A stretch of DNA of 64,000 nt from Octopus vulgaris. Lineage: Eukaryota. The notes under the pieces were generated by a model. The model saw only the letters and a program-made list of their open reading frames with translations, had not been told where the DNA came from and did no database searches. A program made the translations under genes and the position numbers. Location: contig OX597823.1 of the NCBI GenBank assembly GCA_951406725.2, forward strand, positions 69,998,001 to 70,062,000, given 5' to 3'. This document shows positions 28,152-41,779 of this stretch, piece by piece (position 1 is the first letter of the stretch; each line of letters begins with the position of its first letter).

Positions 28152-29543
28152 AGTGAAATAAATATAAACTTACATTATATTAGAGATATAGATGCAATAT
28201 AACACCAGTATATAACAATAATTGAATTATATTGGACAGAGGTAAACACTTTTGCGTATTGCTAAGGCAACGAGCTGACAAATTCTTCAGCACGCGGGAA
28301 AAAATGCTTTGCGGCATGTTTCTGGCTTTACGTTCTGAGATCAAATTCCTCAGAATGGATTACGGCCGTAATTTGTCAATGAAATACTTATTAGGTTCCT
28401 AGTATTAAAGTTGGATAACTATGCTATTTTATGAAAACTGCATCCAGTTAAATGAGCATTCAGACTTAAATGACAAGCTATAAACTGTTTACTCTTCAGG
28501 TAATTTCTGGTCACGTTATTGACGGTCTGTATTATTTATACTGGATACACATATTATAATGTGATATAAAATAATATGATATAAAAACTGAAGAATGCAA
28601 ATTATGTATTGTGGCGGTTGAATGTTAATTAAATGCTTGACAGAAACAACTTTATCGGTTCTTGTTGGGTTTTAGATCGAAACACAAACGGATGTAACTA
28701 AAAATCACAAAACATTTTTAGAAAGACTAGAATGATTCTATCAAACACTGTGACAAAATATTATGTAATGTAACGCTATTACATAACAATATACTATTTA
28801 TTTATATTAGGAATTAATCTATACGCGTGTGTGTGTATGTGTGTGTGCATGTTAATAAACGTTATAGCCCCATAAAACTGAAGTAGAAATAAACGTTTAC
28901 ATGCGATTTAATATATATATTTTTTTTTTACTAAGCACTTAATCTATGCGTAAAATCCTTTCATGAAATGGAAACCCACGCACAATAGGTAGTATTACAA
29001 AATAAGCCAACAATAAATATCAAAATATTACAAATGTTACAAAATAAGACAATAAATATCAGTTGTTTTTGATATTTCTTAATGACTTCTCTTTTTTTTT
29101 TTCATGTAAATTATTATCAAAGTTATGATCAGTTTATCAGTGCAATCTTTCATAGAACTTTGAGAATATGGAAAGAGTGATGTTGTAACACATTAGGAAA
29201 CAAGTAAATAAATGTTTTTAACTATTTTGTAACACATCATTGAGAGTATGAAATTGGTTTATTCTATATAGAAACAAGTATTTTTTTTCAAACTTAATGT
29301 AATTCTTATTGTACACCCGAAAGTATCTGAGTAGAACTATATCTGGTAGACGGGAACTCTGTTGAAGCCTGTCGTATAAGTATTGCGTGTGGGTATTTAT
29401 ATTCGAACCTCACGGTGTGAGGTTGTCTATGTCCTCCTTTAAAAAAAGAAGCGTAAGAAAAAGCAGAAATATGCGCTATGGCTACTTTGATAGACGAGTA
29501 CCTTCAAGGTACTACAATGACTGGAATAAATAAATAAATAAAT

Positions 29544-29610
<67 letters not shown>

Positions 29611-29795
29611 TATCACCAGTATCAAAGCTGTGACATCACGTGACATTTCTTGACCAATTGCAGCCCATCCACCGGTAGCCATCTTGGACTTTATGCACCT
29701 CTATTTTCATTCGATTTTCCACTGACCCGATGCTAAACTCCGTTAGGGGCTTTGAAACTTTAAGTAGCACGGAATTTGAATCAAACTGTTCTGAT

Positions 29796-29826
<31 letters not shown>

Positions 29827-29959
29827 CTCACATACATACATACATACATACATACATACAAACATACATACATACAAACATACATACATACATACATACA
29901 TACATACATACATACATACATACATACATACACACAGTCGCCATGTTCGACCGCTAAAT

Positions 29960-30125
29960 CCACAAGTTTTTTTTATTCTCTCTGTTTATTTTCTCTTATT
30001 CCTTTCTGTTGAAGAGCGTAGGCTCGAAACATAAAATACATTTTCACTTTCCCGAGCATCAAACTCATACCCCTGCTTGTTGTTCCTACACCTATCTTCT
30101 TTTGTTTTTCTATAAATTTCAACTA
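29960..30125 (+). mobile_element. Penelope-like pLTR fragment with degenerate hammerhead
   Basis: cttt-CTGTTGA-A-GAGC-gtag-GCTC-GAAAC at 30002-30030; ends tttcaactatatat, as does 51165. Confidence 0.6.
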
Positions 30126-30449
30126 TATATAAATATATATATATATATATATGGAACTAGATCTCGAAGCACATAAATGCTATAAATTATAGAATACAAA
30201 TATTGGGTTGATGAATGCTATTATTCATAGCATTTGTGTGGTTGGATATATAGTTACAAAAAAGAATTATTTCACGTTCTCTTGAAGTTTATAAACTCTT
30301 ATGGTGTCAACAATGTATGTGTGTTCCTTATTATTTGCATCAGCGTTTTAATGTCATAATATACTGTGTATTTCGTTTTTGTATTATTATATTTGAACTT
30401 CCTCACATATTATATAAACTCTTTTAATAATACATTAACGTATATATGT

Positions 30450-30790
30450 AGGCGAATGTGTGGTATCTTGGGAAAATGCCTTCTACTAAAGCATTGTGCC
30501 GTGCAAAGCCTTGTGAGTGGATTTGGTAGACGTAAACTAAAAAAAGCTTGTCCTGTGTGTATGTGTGTGTGTGTGTATCTTTGTGTTTGTCCCTGCTCCA
30601 TCAACGTTTGACAACCGGTGATAGTGTTTTTACATCCCCGTAACTTAGCGGTTCGGCAAAATCAACCGATAAAATAAGTAGTAGGCTTAAGAAATATATT
30701 CTGGGATCGATGTTTGACTAAAATCCGTTCAACGCAGTGCTCCAGCAAGGCTGCAGTCAAATGACTGAAACAAGTAAAACAATAAAAGAA
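30450..30790 (+). mobile_element. SINE family D (bipartite, internal TG microsatellite), 5'-decayed
   Basis: aagccttgtgagtggatttggtagacg...taacttagcggttcggcaaa...aatgactgaaacaagtaaaa matches the reverse complement of 42478-42899. Confidence 0.85.
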
Positions 30791-31122
30791 TATACGTATG
30801 CATGCTTCCCTAATGGCTAAACAATAAGAAAAAAGCGGAAGAAGCCAGCTTCTAACATAGATACAAAAGCTCCAACACTCAAATTTGTATAACGCCCAAC
30901 GATAAGTGTTATATGTTGAACTTGCATATTTTACTATTCCACTTTTACATTGTATTTATAAAGTATGAGCTTGCTGGCCTTCTTCTTTGCCTGAAAATCT
31001 TAGCTTTTCTTGATTGTCACTTAAATATTTATGTATGCATGCATGTATGTAGTCATAGATCCTTGTGGCAAATAAATGAAAATGCGTTATTTTATTATTG
31101 TTGTTGTTGTTGCTGTTATCAC

Positions 31123-31158
<36 letters not shown>

Positions 31159-32279
31159 GAACGAGATGTCAAAAATGGCGCCCCACATTCATTACTTCTG
31201 GTTTTATGGAAATAATCAATAAGCAAAATAATGGATGTCTTTGCCTTTCATCGATTGGGAGAAAACGTTGATTCCTACAGGGTTAGGAAATGTCAGAAAT
31301 ATTATATGCAGAAATTGGATATCAACTAACTTTGGAGAGTTTGAATTATGATGTTTTCTCACTTAATTTCAAGGAAATATCATAAACAATAAACGGAAGA
31401 AAACATTCTTGATTAAGCAAGTCAGAAGCAAAATGAGTGATCATGTCTTATATGACGAATACAATTGAAATGATGATACAAGAGGCTGGGCAGGTTTTCT
31501 GAAACGGAAACAAAATGCTTTACAATATTGAATTTTGGTGCCATGTTGTTCAAAACACAACGGCAAATCGATTTTATTTTCATTCACCTTACGAAAAATG
31601 CACACTTTGTCTAGACAGAAACGAAAACAAATAAATATCAAAAACAAGCTTTTTTTTTTTTCTGGAAAATTATTTCAGAAGTGATTCAGAAATTTAGTAG
31701 ATCCTTGATATCTTTTATTTTACCAATTTTTTTTTTATTTTCCTTTCCTTTAGTTTTTTTTTTTTCAGTAATGCAATTTTATGAATACCATAAATGTAAG
31801 GGCAAAGGTGACATAATTTAAATATTATGGTCTTCTTCTTAAGTCTTTGTCTTCTCTTATAATCATATTTACATCTCGGATGCATTGTAGAAATATAAAT
31901 CCATAAAGTAGTTGAGTGGTATTTTATTTTATTGATTCCCAGAAGGCAGAAAATCAAAGTTGACCTGTGGAAATTAAACTTAGAAATCAGAACGTATAAC
32001 TAAATACCGCAAAGTATTTTGTCCGATGCTTTAATGATTCTATGAAAGCGTAAGTGCTAGAGGACAACCCAACCAGTAATGAAAAATGAAACAATCGTTC
32101 TTTTTAAATCCATGCTAAGTTATCATGGAAAAATAGTTATGAAACGGGAAAATTGATTATAATGAAATAGATTATAATTGGTTCTAAATAGATTATAATT
32201 GGTTCTAAAGTCCAAATAAGGAAAATGAAGGGCGAAAATAAGTTGTGTTTTTTCAACCTCTTGTGAGCCCTAATTGAGA

Positions 32280-33245
32280 ACAAGATATGACATAATATAC
32301 GACACAAAAACTCACTAATGGTATGATACAAGATATATACTAAAGATATGACACAGGATATGATACGATAAGCTCACGATATGACACAATAAGCTCACTA
32401 AAGATATGACACAAGACATGACACAATAAGCTCACTAAGCATATGACACAGTAAGCTCACTTACGATATGACACAATTATCTCACTAAAGACATGACACA
32501 TTCAGCTCACTAACGATATGACACAAAATGTGACGCAATAAGCTCACTAAAGATATGACATAATAAGCTCACTAAACATACGACACAAAATATGACACGA
32601 TAGGCTCACTAAAGATATGACACAAGATATGACCCAATAAGCTCACTAACGATATGATATAAAATATGCCACAATAACCTCACTAAAGATATGATACAAA
32701 ATATGTCATAATAACTTCACTAAAGATATAACACAAAATGTAACACAATAAGCTCGCGATATGACACAAGAAGCTCAGTAAAGATATAACACAATACTCT
32801 CGTTAACAATATGTCGCAAAAATCTCACTAAAGACATAGCATAAGTTCATTCATGTTATCACACAAGACGTTAGGTAAAGATATGACACAAGACGTTCAC
32901 TTAAGATATGACTCAAGAGGTAACACAAAAATATCACAAAAGATATGACACAAGAATCTCAATAAAGATATGGCACAAGAAGTTCAAGTTATGATACAAG
33001 AGGCTGGCCAAAAATATGATTAAAAGATGCTCACTAAAGATATGACATAAAAAAATTACTTAATCACATGACACAAGATCTGATACCGTAAGCTCATTAA
33101 CGATATGAAGCAAAAAGCTTTCTTAAGATATGACACAATAAGCTCACAGAAAATAAGACACTAGAAGTTCATATACGTTAACACAAGAAGCTAACTAAAT
33201 GTAACACAAAAGGCTCACGAAATATAATGACAATAAGCTCGTTAT
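32280..33245. repeat. Two-module minisatellite (TAAGCTCACTAAA + GATATGACACAA; 25/37-bp units)
   Basis: Both modules recur many times and decay toward the edges. Confidence 0.9.
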
Positions 33246-33918
33246 AGAAACCCACGAGACTTGATCCACCGAAGGAGATTGTATGCGGTCGCTTAACCTG
33301 TTAGAAATATCTGCCGAATCTGTCTCGTACAACAACCTATTTTTTTACCAAAAGGCATTACACTGGCCAAAGTAGCCCGAGATGAACTATGCATTCAAAA
33401 GAAACAAATGATCATGGTAAAGATGCCTTTGCTATTCAATCTGGACCGACTTAACGCTAAAGAGCAACGAATTTATCGGATCGGAGCGTATTTGCTCGAG
33501 TTTTCCTGACTCGATCATGCCACATATGATGATCACGTGTATGTAGCCTTCGAAATGACCATTTAGAGCTGCACGAACAACAACTTAAACTTCAAAATTC
33601 CAGTGAAAATCGTGTACCAAATTTAATATTTTAGTATAATAAACGAGGGCATTAAATAATGGTGAAACGAATGAATAATAACATATTATGTAACATCAGT
33701 GATATAATATCTCACCAGCATTGAATCTGAAATGCTTAAATGAAATTTGACGAATTCCATCTTCTACTTCAGAATATTCATGCTTAAATAATTCCATTAT
33801 ATTTACTTCTGAGATGCTGATTTCAGATGAAATGTAGACCCCCCCTAAAGTGTGGTGGGGGTATGTGTGTCGTATGTGTGTCGTTTGTGTGTGTTGCGTG
33901 TGTATGTGTGTATGTGTG

Positions 33919-33954
<36 letters not shown>

Positions 33955-34207
33955 AGGAAAGAGAATGCTACGTGTGCCATATTAGTGATATTGAAATTGG
34001 CAATTATTTCAAAGTTAGCATGTTTCTCAAGAGCTGAGGTGTGGGAAGGCATCAAATATATTATGTATTTTATAATGTCCACTTCAGAGTTCTGCCATAT
34101 GATAAAGGATGAAGATTTCAAACCATTATTGAATCCGAGCCGGTTTTCTCCATATATCTATGTGTGGTGGGGATATATACATACATATATATTACGTGTA
34201 TAAGTGT

Positions 34208-34221
34208 ATAGATAGATAGAC

Positions 34222-34277
<56 letters not shown>

Positions 34278-34313
34278 TGGTAGAAAGACAGACAGATAGA
34301 CAGATAGATAGAC

Positions 34314-34400
<87 letters not shown>
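34208..34400. repeat. (GATA)n microsatellite
   Basis: Directly visible; another tract lies at 29545-29610. Confidence 0.97.
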
Positions 34401-35661
34401 CACAAGCTGCTCGAGCCAGAGCAGGGTATTTGGAAGCATGTGTTTGGTTTTTATGACGAAGAATCAGACGAGATGACTGGCAGAATTGCTGTTCCTCATA
34501 TCTGTGTTACATCATCGTCGACGTCTCACGTTTTCATAGGCTTTTTAATCGGGCTGTCCTTCCTTCTCTGTTGGACTCTCTTCCTCCATTACTACAGTTT
34601 TCCTCTTCCCTTCGGCTTCCCCTGCACCCTTATTTTCACAAGATGAAGAGTGGTCTTATTGGCGGATAGAAAAGAATGTTTCCGTTCGTCAGCTTATTTA
34701 TTACCAATTCCTTTATCTAACTTACGTCGAGCAGCACATTTTGACCCATAACGATAGTAGATGAGGAAATGTTTTTTGGTGCTAGGGTAACCAGTACAAC
34801 CAGTTCGTAGTAGTGCTCTTTCCATTCAGATTGTTATCTCCGATACTATTCATTTTGAGACTTCCATCTTACAATTATGCATAAGCTTGAAGCACTGTCT
34901 GTCCGGTTGATTTAATTTTTTCTTGGTAATTTTTTTACTTGTTTCTTCAACTTAAAAGTATTTGAAAGTTTGTTTATTTACATACTAAATCTACTGCTGC
35001 CATCACTGTAGCATGTACCTATTCTTGCTACAACTGAAATCATTTTTTAACCACGTATAACAATACAAATAGTCATTTAATAAAAAATATATAAGCAGAA
35101 ATGTCAAAAGTCGAACTTTTTTTCCTTCTACCCCAGGTAATGTGGTGGCTCCCAAACAAGTCTTCTGTCAGCAAAACTGAAACAAAAATATTTTTCTATA
35201 AGGTAATTCGGTTTAAAAATTACTTTTTCGTGAAGCTCTAACAGAGATGCTTTTCTCACCTGCGTGTCTGATTGCTCACTTTGCGTGTGTGTCAGTTCTA
35301 GTATTTCAGAAATTCCTGAAATTAGGAACTCTAAATCGATTTTTTTTTTTTCATTTTTGTCACGGAATTACTTTGATTTCTGTTTAGAATGTTGCTTTGA
35401 TTGAGCGCACAGCCCAAGTCTATTGTATGTGCCACAAACTGGGTGAGCTATGAGGTATACAAAAGAAGTTTCAGGAAAATAACAACGGAATGCAATAAAA
35501 ATATGTTGACGTACGTATATTTGTATCAACATGATTTTATTCAAATATTGGTTACTAAGATACTTACTTGTGTAAATTTAATCAAATAGGTATAAATCTA
35601 GATACATTTATCAATTTGTGTTGCAAGATTCCTGATGAGAAATCGTGTGTTGAAACAGACA

Positions 35662-35962
35662 TTGTTGTATTTCGGGATGGTCATTTTTTCTTGTTTTTTT
35701 GCCAAATAAACACAAGCACAATGTGGTTTTTTCTTCAATCGTTTATTACTCTTCTTCTAGAAGAGCAGAGTGGAGTAAGAGAAGCAAGAGCGCGCACGCA
35801 AACGAAAAGTTTTGCTGAAGAGGTCACAGATGTGTGACAAAAGATTTCCGGACAATGGACATGAGTTAAAATAAGAACATTAACAAACGAGTGAAGAACA
35901 AATATTTAGTGCGTGTGTTTATTTGGCAAAAACAGAAAATGACCGTCCCGAAATACAACAAC
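35662..35962. repeat. Inverted ~57-bp repeat pair of a dispersed element
   Basis: ttgttgtatttcggga(t/c)ggtcatttt...gccaaataaacaca at 35662-35720 (+) and 35908-35962 (-); third copy at 49955-49998 (-). Confidence 0.8.
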
Positions 35963-36111
35963 ATATATGTAGAGAGAGAGAGAGAGAGGCGGAAGAGAGA
36001 AGGGGAAAGAGGGAGATTTCTCGTTCTCGTTCGCAAATCATTTGGTAAAATATTATGTCGTATAGTCAAGGGCTAAATATCTGAACCTTAAAACAATCTG
36101 GGATGAGATTA

Positions 36112-36154
<43 letters not shown>

Positions 36155-36244
36155 CCCGATTAAACATACAGAGAGCGGGGAGAAATTGACTGTCTTTTCC
36201 ACAACCTATTAGCATTTCAACCAGCCATATCAGACCCAATTAAA

Positions 36245-36550
36245 GCTCGCTATAATTTCTGTGTTAAACTGGTCAAAAACGAGACAAAAACTTATGAAAT
36301 ATTCCAGACTGCTTCTGGATCAACTTTTTTGCTGGCACAAGAGGTTCAAGGACATTGGAGAGGGAGTGAGAGATGATGAAAGATGTGAGAAAGAACAGGA
36401 CTTCAGAGTATCAGAGCTCATTGAGAAAATTGCGAATTTTCTCAATGAAGTCCGTCATTTGTCTATAAAGACAATAACGGTAGAATCTGGAATTAATGTA
36501 GCAACTATCCCAGAATTATTCGTAAAAATCTGAACACGTGCAAGGTTAGT
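36245..36550 (+). pseudogene. Mariner transposase N-terminal (HTH) relic
   Basis: FCVKL...FCWHKRFKDIGEGVRDDERC...RHLSIKTIT resembles the mariner WHKRFK.GRES.EDD.R motif; cut off by the LINE at 36551. Confidence 0.75.
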
Positions 36551-37862
36551 AACCAGGGGGCAGTGCACTCCCAGAGTTAGAATCGGTGCGTGACTGAGAA
36601 TCCACATGAATAGTGAGGCATCATTCCACGTACATATTGCCAGGATGTCAACATTGTGCAGGCGAGTTGCTGAATGGATCCTTATATCATTCAGAACCAG
36701 AAATGACAATACCTTGCTACTCCTATGGAGGATATCTGTATTCAGTCGTCAGGATTACTGCTCACAACTGTGGTCGCCGCAGAGCACCAGGCTGGTGGTA
36801 GAACTTGAGACAATCCAGCTCCACTTCACATAGAAGATTGACTTGGTGAAACAGATGATCCAGCGCCACTACACAAAGAATATTGCCTCGATGAAACACA
36901 TGATCCAGCACCACTACACAAAGGCAATTGAGTCGGTAAAACAGATGATCCAGCACCACTACACAAAGACAATTGACTCGGAGAAACAGATGATCTAGCG
37001 CCGCTACACAAAGAAGATTGACTTGGTGAAACAGATGATCCAGCACCACTACACAAAGAATATTTCCTCGATGAAACACATGATCTAGCACCACTACACA
37101 AAGGCAATTGACTCGGTGAAACATATGATCCAGCGCCACCACACGAAGACAATTGACTCGGTGAAACAGATGATCCAGCACCACTACACGAAGACAATTG
37201 ACTCGGTGAAACAGATGATCCAGCACCACTACACGAAGACAATTGACTCGGTGAAACAGATGATCCAGTGCCACTACAGAAAGACAATTGACTCGGTGAA
37301 ATAGATGATCCAGCGCCACTACACATAGAAGATTGACTCGGTGAAACAGATGAGTCAGTACCACTACACACAGAAGATTGACTCGGGGAAACAGGTGAGC
37401 TACTGGGAGAGGCTAGAAGAACTAAAGCTCTATTCACAGGAGATAAGGCGAGAAAGGTAAGCAATAATATACATATGGAAGATCCTGAAAGGTCTAGCTC
37501 CCAACTTTGGAGTTAAAAGCTGTACCATCCACCGAAGTAGACAGCACTGCATAATACCAAAAATACCGTCTTCGTCTCAGTTAACGTTTGGGTTTCAGGG
37601 AACCACAACTGTTTAACATCCTGCCAAGGAACCTAAGGGATCTGTAAGGTGTAGATGTGGAAACGTTTGAAAAGCACTTGGACAAATTTCTGTCTGAAAT
37701 CCCAGACGAGCCCACATCGCAGCAGGAGGTGCAAAGAAGAGCAGATTCGTCCAACTCGCTTCTTCACCAAAAACAATACCGAAAGAAAACCTGAAAACAC
37801 CGAAAGGCGGTGCTCTAGCATGGTCCCAGCTTATGACTGAAACCAGTAAAAGAATAAAACAA
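36551..37862 (+). mobile_element. CR1/L2-group LINE 3' fragment related to 18347-20995
   Basis: DYCSQLWSP...ELETIQ, then SYWERLEELKLYS...IWKILKGL...FGFQG.QLFNILP; same type of 3' tail. Confidence 0.92.
36811..37395. repeat. 13 x 45-bp minisatellite inside LINE ORF2
   Basis: Unit tgatccagcaccactacacaaagacaattgactcggtgaaacaga at exact 45-bp spacing. Confidence 0.95.
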
Positions 37863-38619
37863 TATACATATATATAGGTTACTCTTATTGCTTAGCACCA
37901 GCTCACTATACATCGAGCAAGCCAATAAATTTGACAGTTATTTCTATCAGGCTTAAACAACCATCTAGAATCGTTTACTGATATGTGCGTCTAACGCATT
38001 TATAGTTTTGTGTGCACTAATTACAACTGACTGCTTCTAAATTTACTTGAAGCTATCAGTATTATTTTATTTGTCCAGGACATCCGCTTAAAGGAAATGG
38101 TATTTTGTTTTGTTTTGTTTTTTAACTTAAGTCTCTGTCGTTAATATTTCGGTTCTCTAATGTCGATTTCTAACATTGGCACAACGTCAAAATTTGGGTG
38201 ATAGGGTGTAGTCGACTAGACAGACTCAGTTTTTCTCTGTTAGTTTGTTTTTTGTTTTGTTTTGTTTGTTTGTTTTGTTTTTTGCCATCGGAATGATATA
38301 ATGTAATGTCGATTGGGTGGAAATTTCAATTCGTAACTAAACACTACAAGACATTTTTCCGACGTTCTTGCAAATCTGTCAATCCACCGACATTCTCGTA
38401 ATCTTTCACACTTTCTGGGAATGAGAAAAGTATAGTTGTGAGTGATAATTTATTTGGTAACACAATTATGCGAATGGCAACGAAAGGTATCTGACGAGTC
38501 TAATTCACTGACTTATTTACCGAGTTAATTGGTTAGATGGTTAATTAGTTGACTGATAACAGTAAAATGATTGACATAGAACGAGTGCGTGTCTTATCGT
38601 ATCGTACTATACTAATCAA

Positions 38620-39269
38620 AAGATCGCACATTAAGGTAGAAGCCATTGCCACTCATAACAGAAAGGAGTACTGGCGGAATGTCCCAGTAAAAACCTTAAT
38701 AAAATGTAGGCACAATGGACCTGATATAATGATTTGGGATAGAGAAGAGAAACTGTGCACAGTTGTGGAAATTAGCTGCCCAGTGGATGTTAACATGAAG
38801 CTGAAGATCAGTGGAAAAGAGAATGCCTACGCTGAACTGTTGAGAAATCTGCAGTTACCCTAACCAAATTACAAGTTCAGGTTTATACCTGTAATTATTG
38901 TGGCCCTGGGATATGTAACACACTGTCTAAATTCCAATCTTGAGAAATTGGGCTTCTCAAAATCAGAAAAGAGACAGCTAATTCGAAGACTACATATCCA
39001 ATCCATCACTAGAACTGTAAGAATCTGTAAAACTTTCCAAAAGTTTATCATTTAAATATATATGAGCATGCCTAGATATGCAAGTACATACATAAGAATA
39101 CACACATAAAGCAAAACACAAATTAGGGTTACATACATACATACATACGTACATACATAAAAACATCCTGTTGTCGATGTTGAAATTCCAATGAAAGAGC
39201 CTTGGATCTAGGTTAGAAACCGGCTCTTTTTCTAACGGCAAGAAATTTTGGAATAAAGCTGAATAATGA
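38620..39269 (+). mobile_element. RLE non-LTR retrotransposon 3' end (endonuclease + 3' UTR)
   Basis: HNGPDIMIWD...VEISCP...KENAYAEL...FIPVIIVALGYV...TVRICKTF; 3' UTR ends gaataatga followed by (CATA)n. Confidence 0.85.
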
Positions 39270-39299
39270 CATACATACATACATACATACATACATACA

Positions 39300-39330
<31 letters not shown>

Positions 39331-39379
39331 GACGAATTAATGCGGAACTTTCAGCTCTTGCACCCTGACTATGAATTTG

Positions 39380-39550
39380 CATTTGTACCTATCATATGTG
39401 CATTAGGTTATGTACCAACAAATTTGTACAAAGACCTAGAAACACTTCGTTTCACGGAAAAAGCGCAAAAGAAACTAACGCGGATTTTCCAAATCTAATC
39501 TATTAGTAGCACGGTCAAGATTTGTAAGACACTCCAGACATTCTCATGTG
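39380..39550 (+). mobile_element. Second, older RLE C-terminal fragment
   Basis: ALGYVPTNLYKDLETLRF...TVKICKTLQTF parallels the C-terminus at 38900-39050. Confidence 0.7.
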
Positions 39551-41779
39551 AGATTCTATGTGAATAGATGCACACATTTGAGCATATGCCCTAGACTTTA
39601 CAAACACCGGGTACTCACTTATCTCAAAAAGTTTTGTCGATTTGTTAGCAACCGGCTTGAACTCTTTCAAGAACTTAAATTAAACTCAAAGGAAACTCAT
39701 ACATACATATGTGCATGCATGTATGTAGTATCCTTTCGCTGGTGTTTATCGGTGGGAAACAAAAAAACGTCGGTGATAAATCTGTGCTTTCACGCAAAAG
39801 AAAAATTTGTGGCATTTGTTCTGCTTGAGTTACGCTGGCGTTCTCGTCTTACTCTTGCCATCTTAAATGCAGTGGAACTATTGACTGAACCGTTAGGAAC
39901 CTGTAACCAAAACAACTATTTTTTCAGAAAATACGAAATTTTAAAAAAATTAATATCATATAGGTTTTAAGCATACATTTCCATATAATTAATTTCTTTT
40001 ACGTTGTTAAACCTAAAATTTATGAATTCATATACTCTGTGGTGTGATATGTGATTTCTCTCGCAACTCACGTCACACTAATACGCTTCGCTGTTTTTTG
40101 TTTGTTTTTTTTCTTTCCATTTCCAAACGTACATATGACTGTGTGCGTATGTGTGTGTGGTGCATGTATGTGTGTATACGTGTGTGTGTGTGTGTGTTGA
40201 AAAGTCATTGTAGGTTGTACTTCTAAATGCCCAGCACTAATCTGCCCTTCTGTAATTTATGGACATTCAACACGCAATATGCAAATTGTTCCTATCATGA
40301 ACATGGTTGAACGACATTGTAACTTTATAACTAAATTTACCGAAGTTACATCCCCGAAGCAACATTCATTCAGTCATAATTTATTTTTCTTGTTTTCCAC
40401 AGACTTTTTATTTATCTAATTTATTTTTATCACTTACGAAGCGGATGCTGAGTAAATAATTTATTTTTCTAACACAAAAATTTAATTCTCAACATTTTGA
40501 ACAATAATTCTAAATAAAATAAGATTAAATTCTTATTGAATACATTTCGTTTAATATTATTATTTTCTCCTCTTTTCCTCTCATTTTTATTGCATTTCCA
40601 TACTATTATCGAAATTGATGTTTTGTCATGGGAACTTGTGGGAAGATCAGCAAAAAGTTTATTATATTTAAATCAAATAAATATAAGGTTTACAAGATAG
40701 CTTAGCAAATCTCAAGGGAAATATAAAATATAACACAACGCATGCAAAACTTCAATGCACAAAGCTTTCCAAATCATTTGAGTGCGTGTGTGTGTGCGTG
40801 TGCAAGTGTCTGTGTGCGTATGTGTTTGCGTGTGTGCATACGTGTGTGTGGGTGTGTGCGTGTATGTAAAACAATAAAATCATTCGTATTAAATATCGCG
40901 GAAGGTCACATGATTTGGGAGAGGAAATAAGCAATTATGTTAAGCCTAGTGCTTGAGTGGTACTTATTCATCTACCTGAGAAGAACTGGTACTTCTCGAA
41001 CTTCTCAGATGGAAATTAATATCGTATAGTGACGTAACTACATATGGCTAGGTATTTTGTCCGATACTTCTACTGGTCCTTCTATCAACTGCCCTATATT
41101 TACATTAGCATCATTAAATTTCTAATATACGGATGCTAATGTAAGCATATCTATAAATATGTAACCGAAACTCTACCATCTCTTCCTCTCACTGCCTATC
41201 ACACTCTCCCTATGTAAATTATTCCTCAAACCACCCCTTACATCATTTACCTTTGTGAAGAAAGGCAATAGAATGCCTAAAGAAAGGAAAGGAGAGAGAG
41301 AAACGGAATCGGTGTTCTTTTATTCTATATCACCACCAACTCAGTACGATGACATCAATGAATATTGGCTGGCTCGATATTGAACAAAGGCACTTCTGTA
41401 TAGGCGCTCGATATGCTAGAACTTGTAGCTAAATTTCCATCAAGGTCATATCCTACCTTCATAAATAAAGAATATATTAGACAATGCGGTTCATGAAATG
41501 CAAAAGGACTGGCTACTGATAACTGGAACACCTTTCATCATAGATCAGTTTGAACGGAGCTGATTTGGGACTAAAATATGAAGTATAACTTCGAGCCAAC
41601 GAGAGAAGGCCTCTCCGTGGTCCCTCAATATGCTAAAAATAGTGGCTAAATTCTCCTCAAATTACAATCTACCGTCTTAAAGTATGAAAGGACACTTTGA
41701 ACAATATACGTGCGTGTGCTTGTGTGTGTGTGTGTGTCTGTGTATGGATAAGATAAACAGACAAATAGACAAATATCTT

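Noticed and set aside
36811-37395. CRISPR-like periodicity (also 32280-33245)
   Set aside because: Head-to-tail repeats with no unique spacers, no cas genes, and a eukaryotic context.
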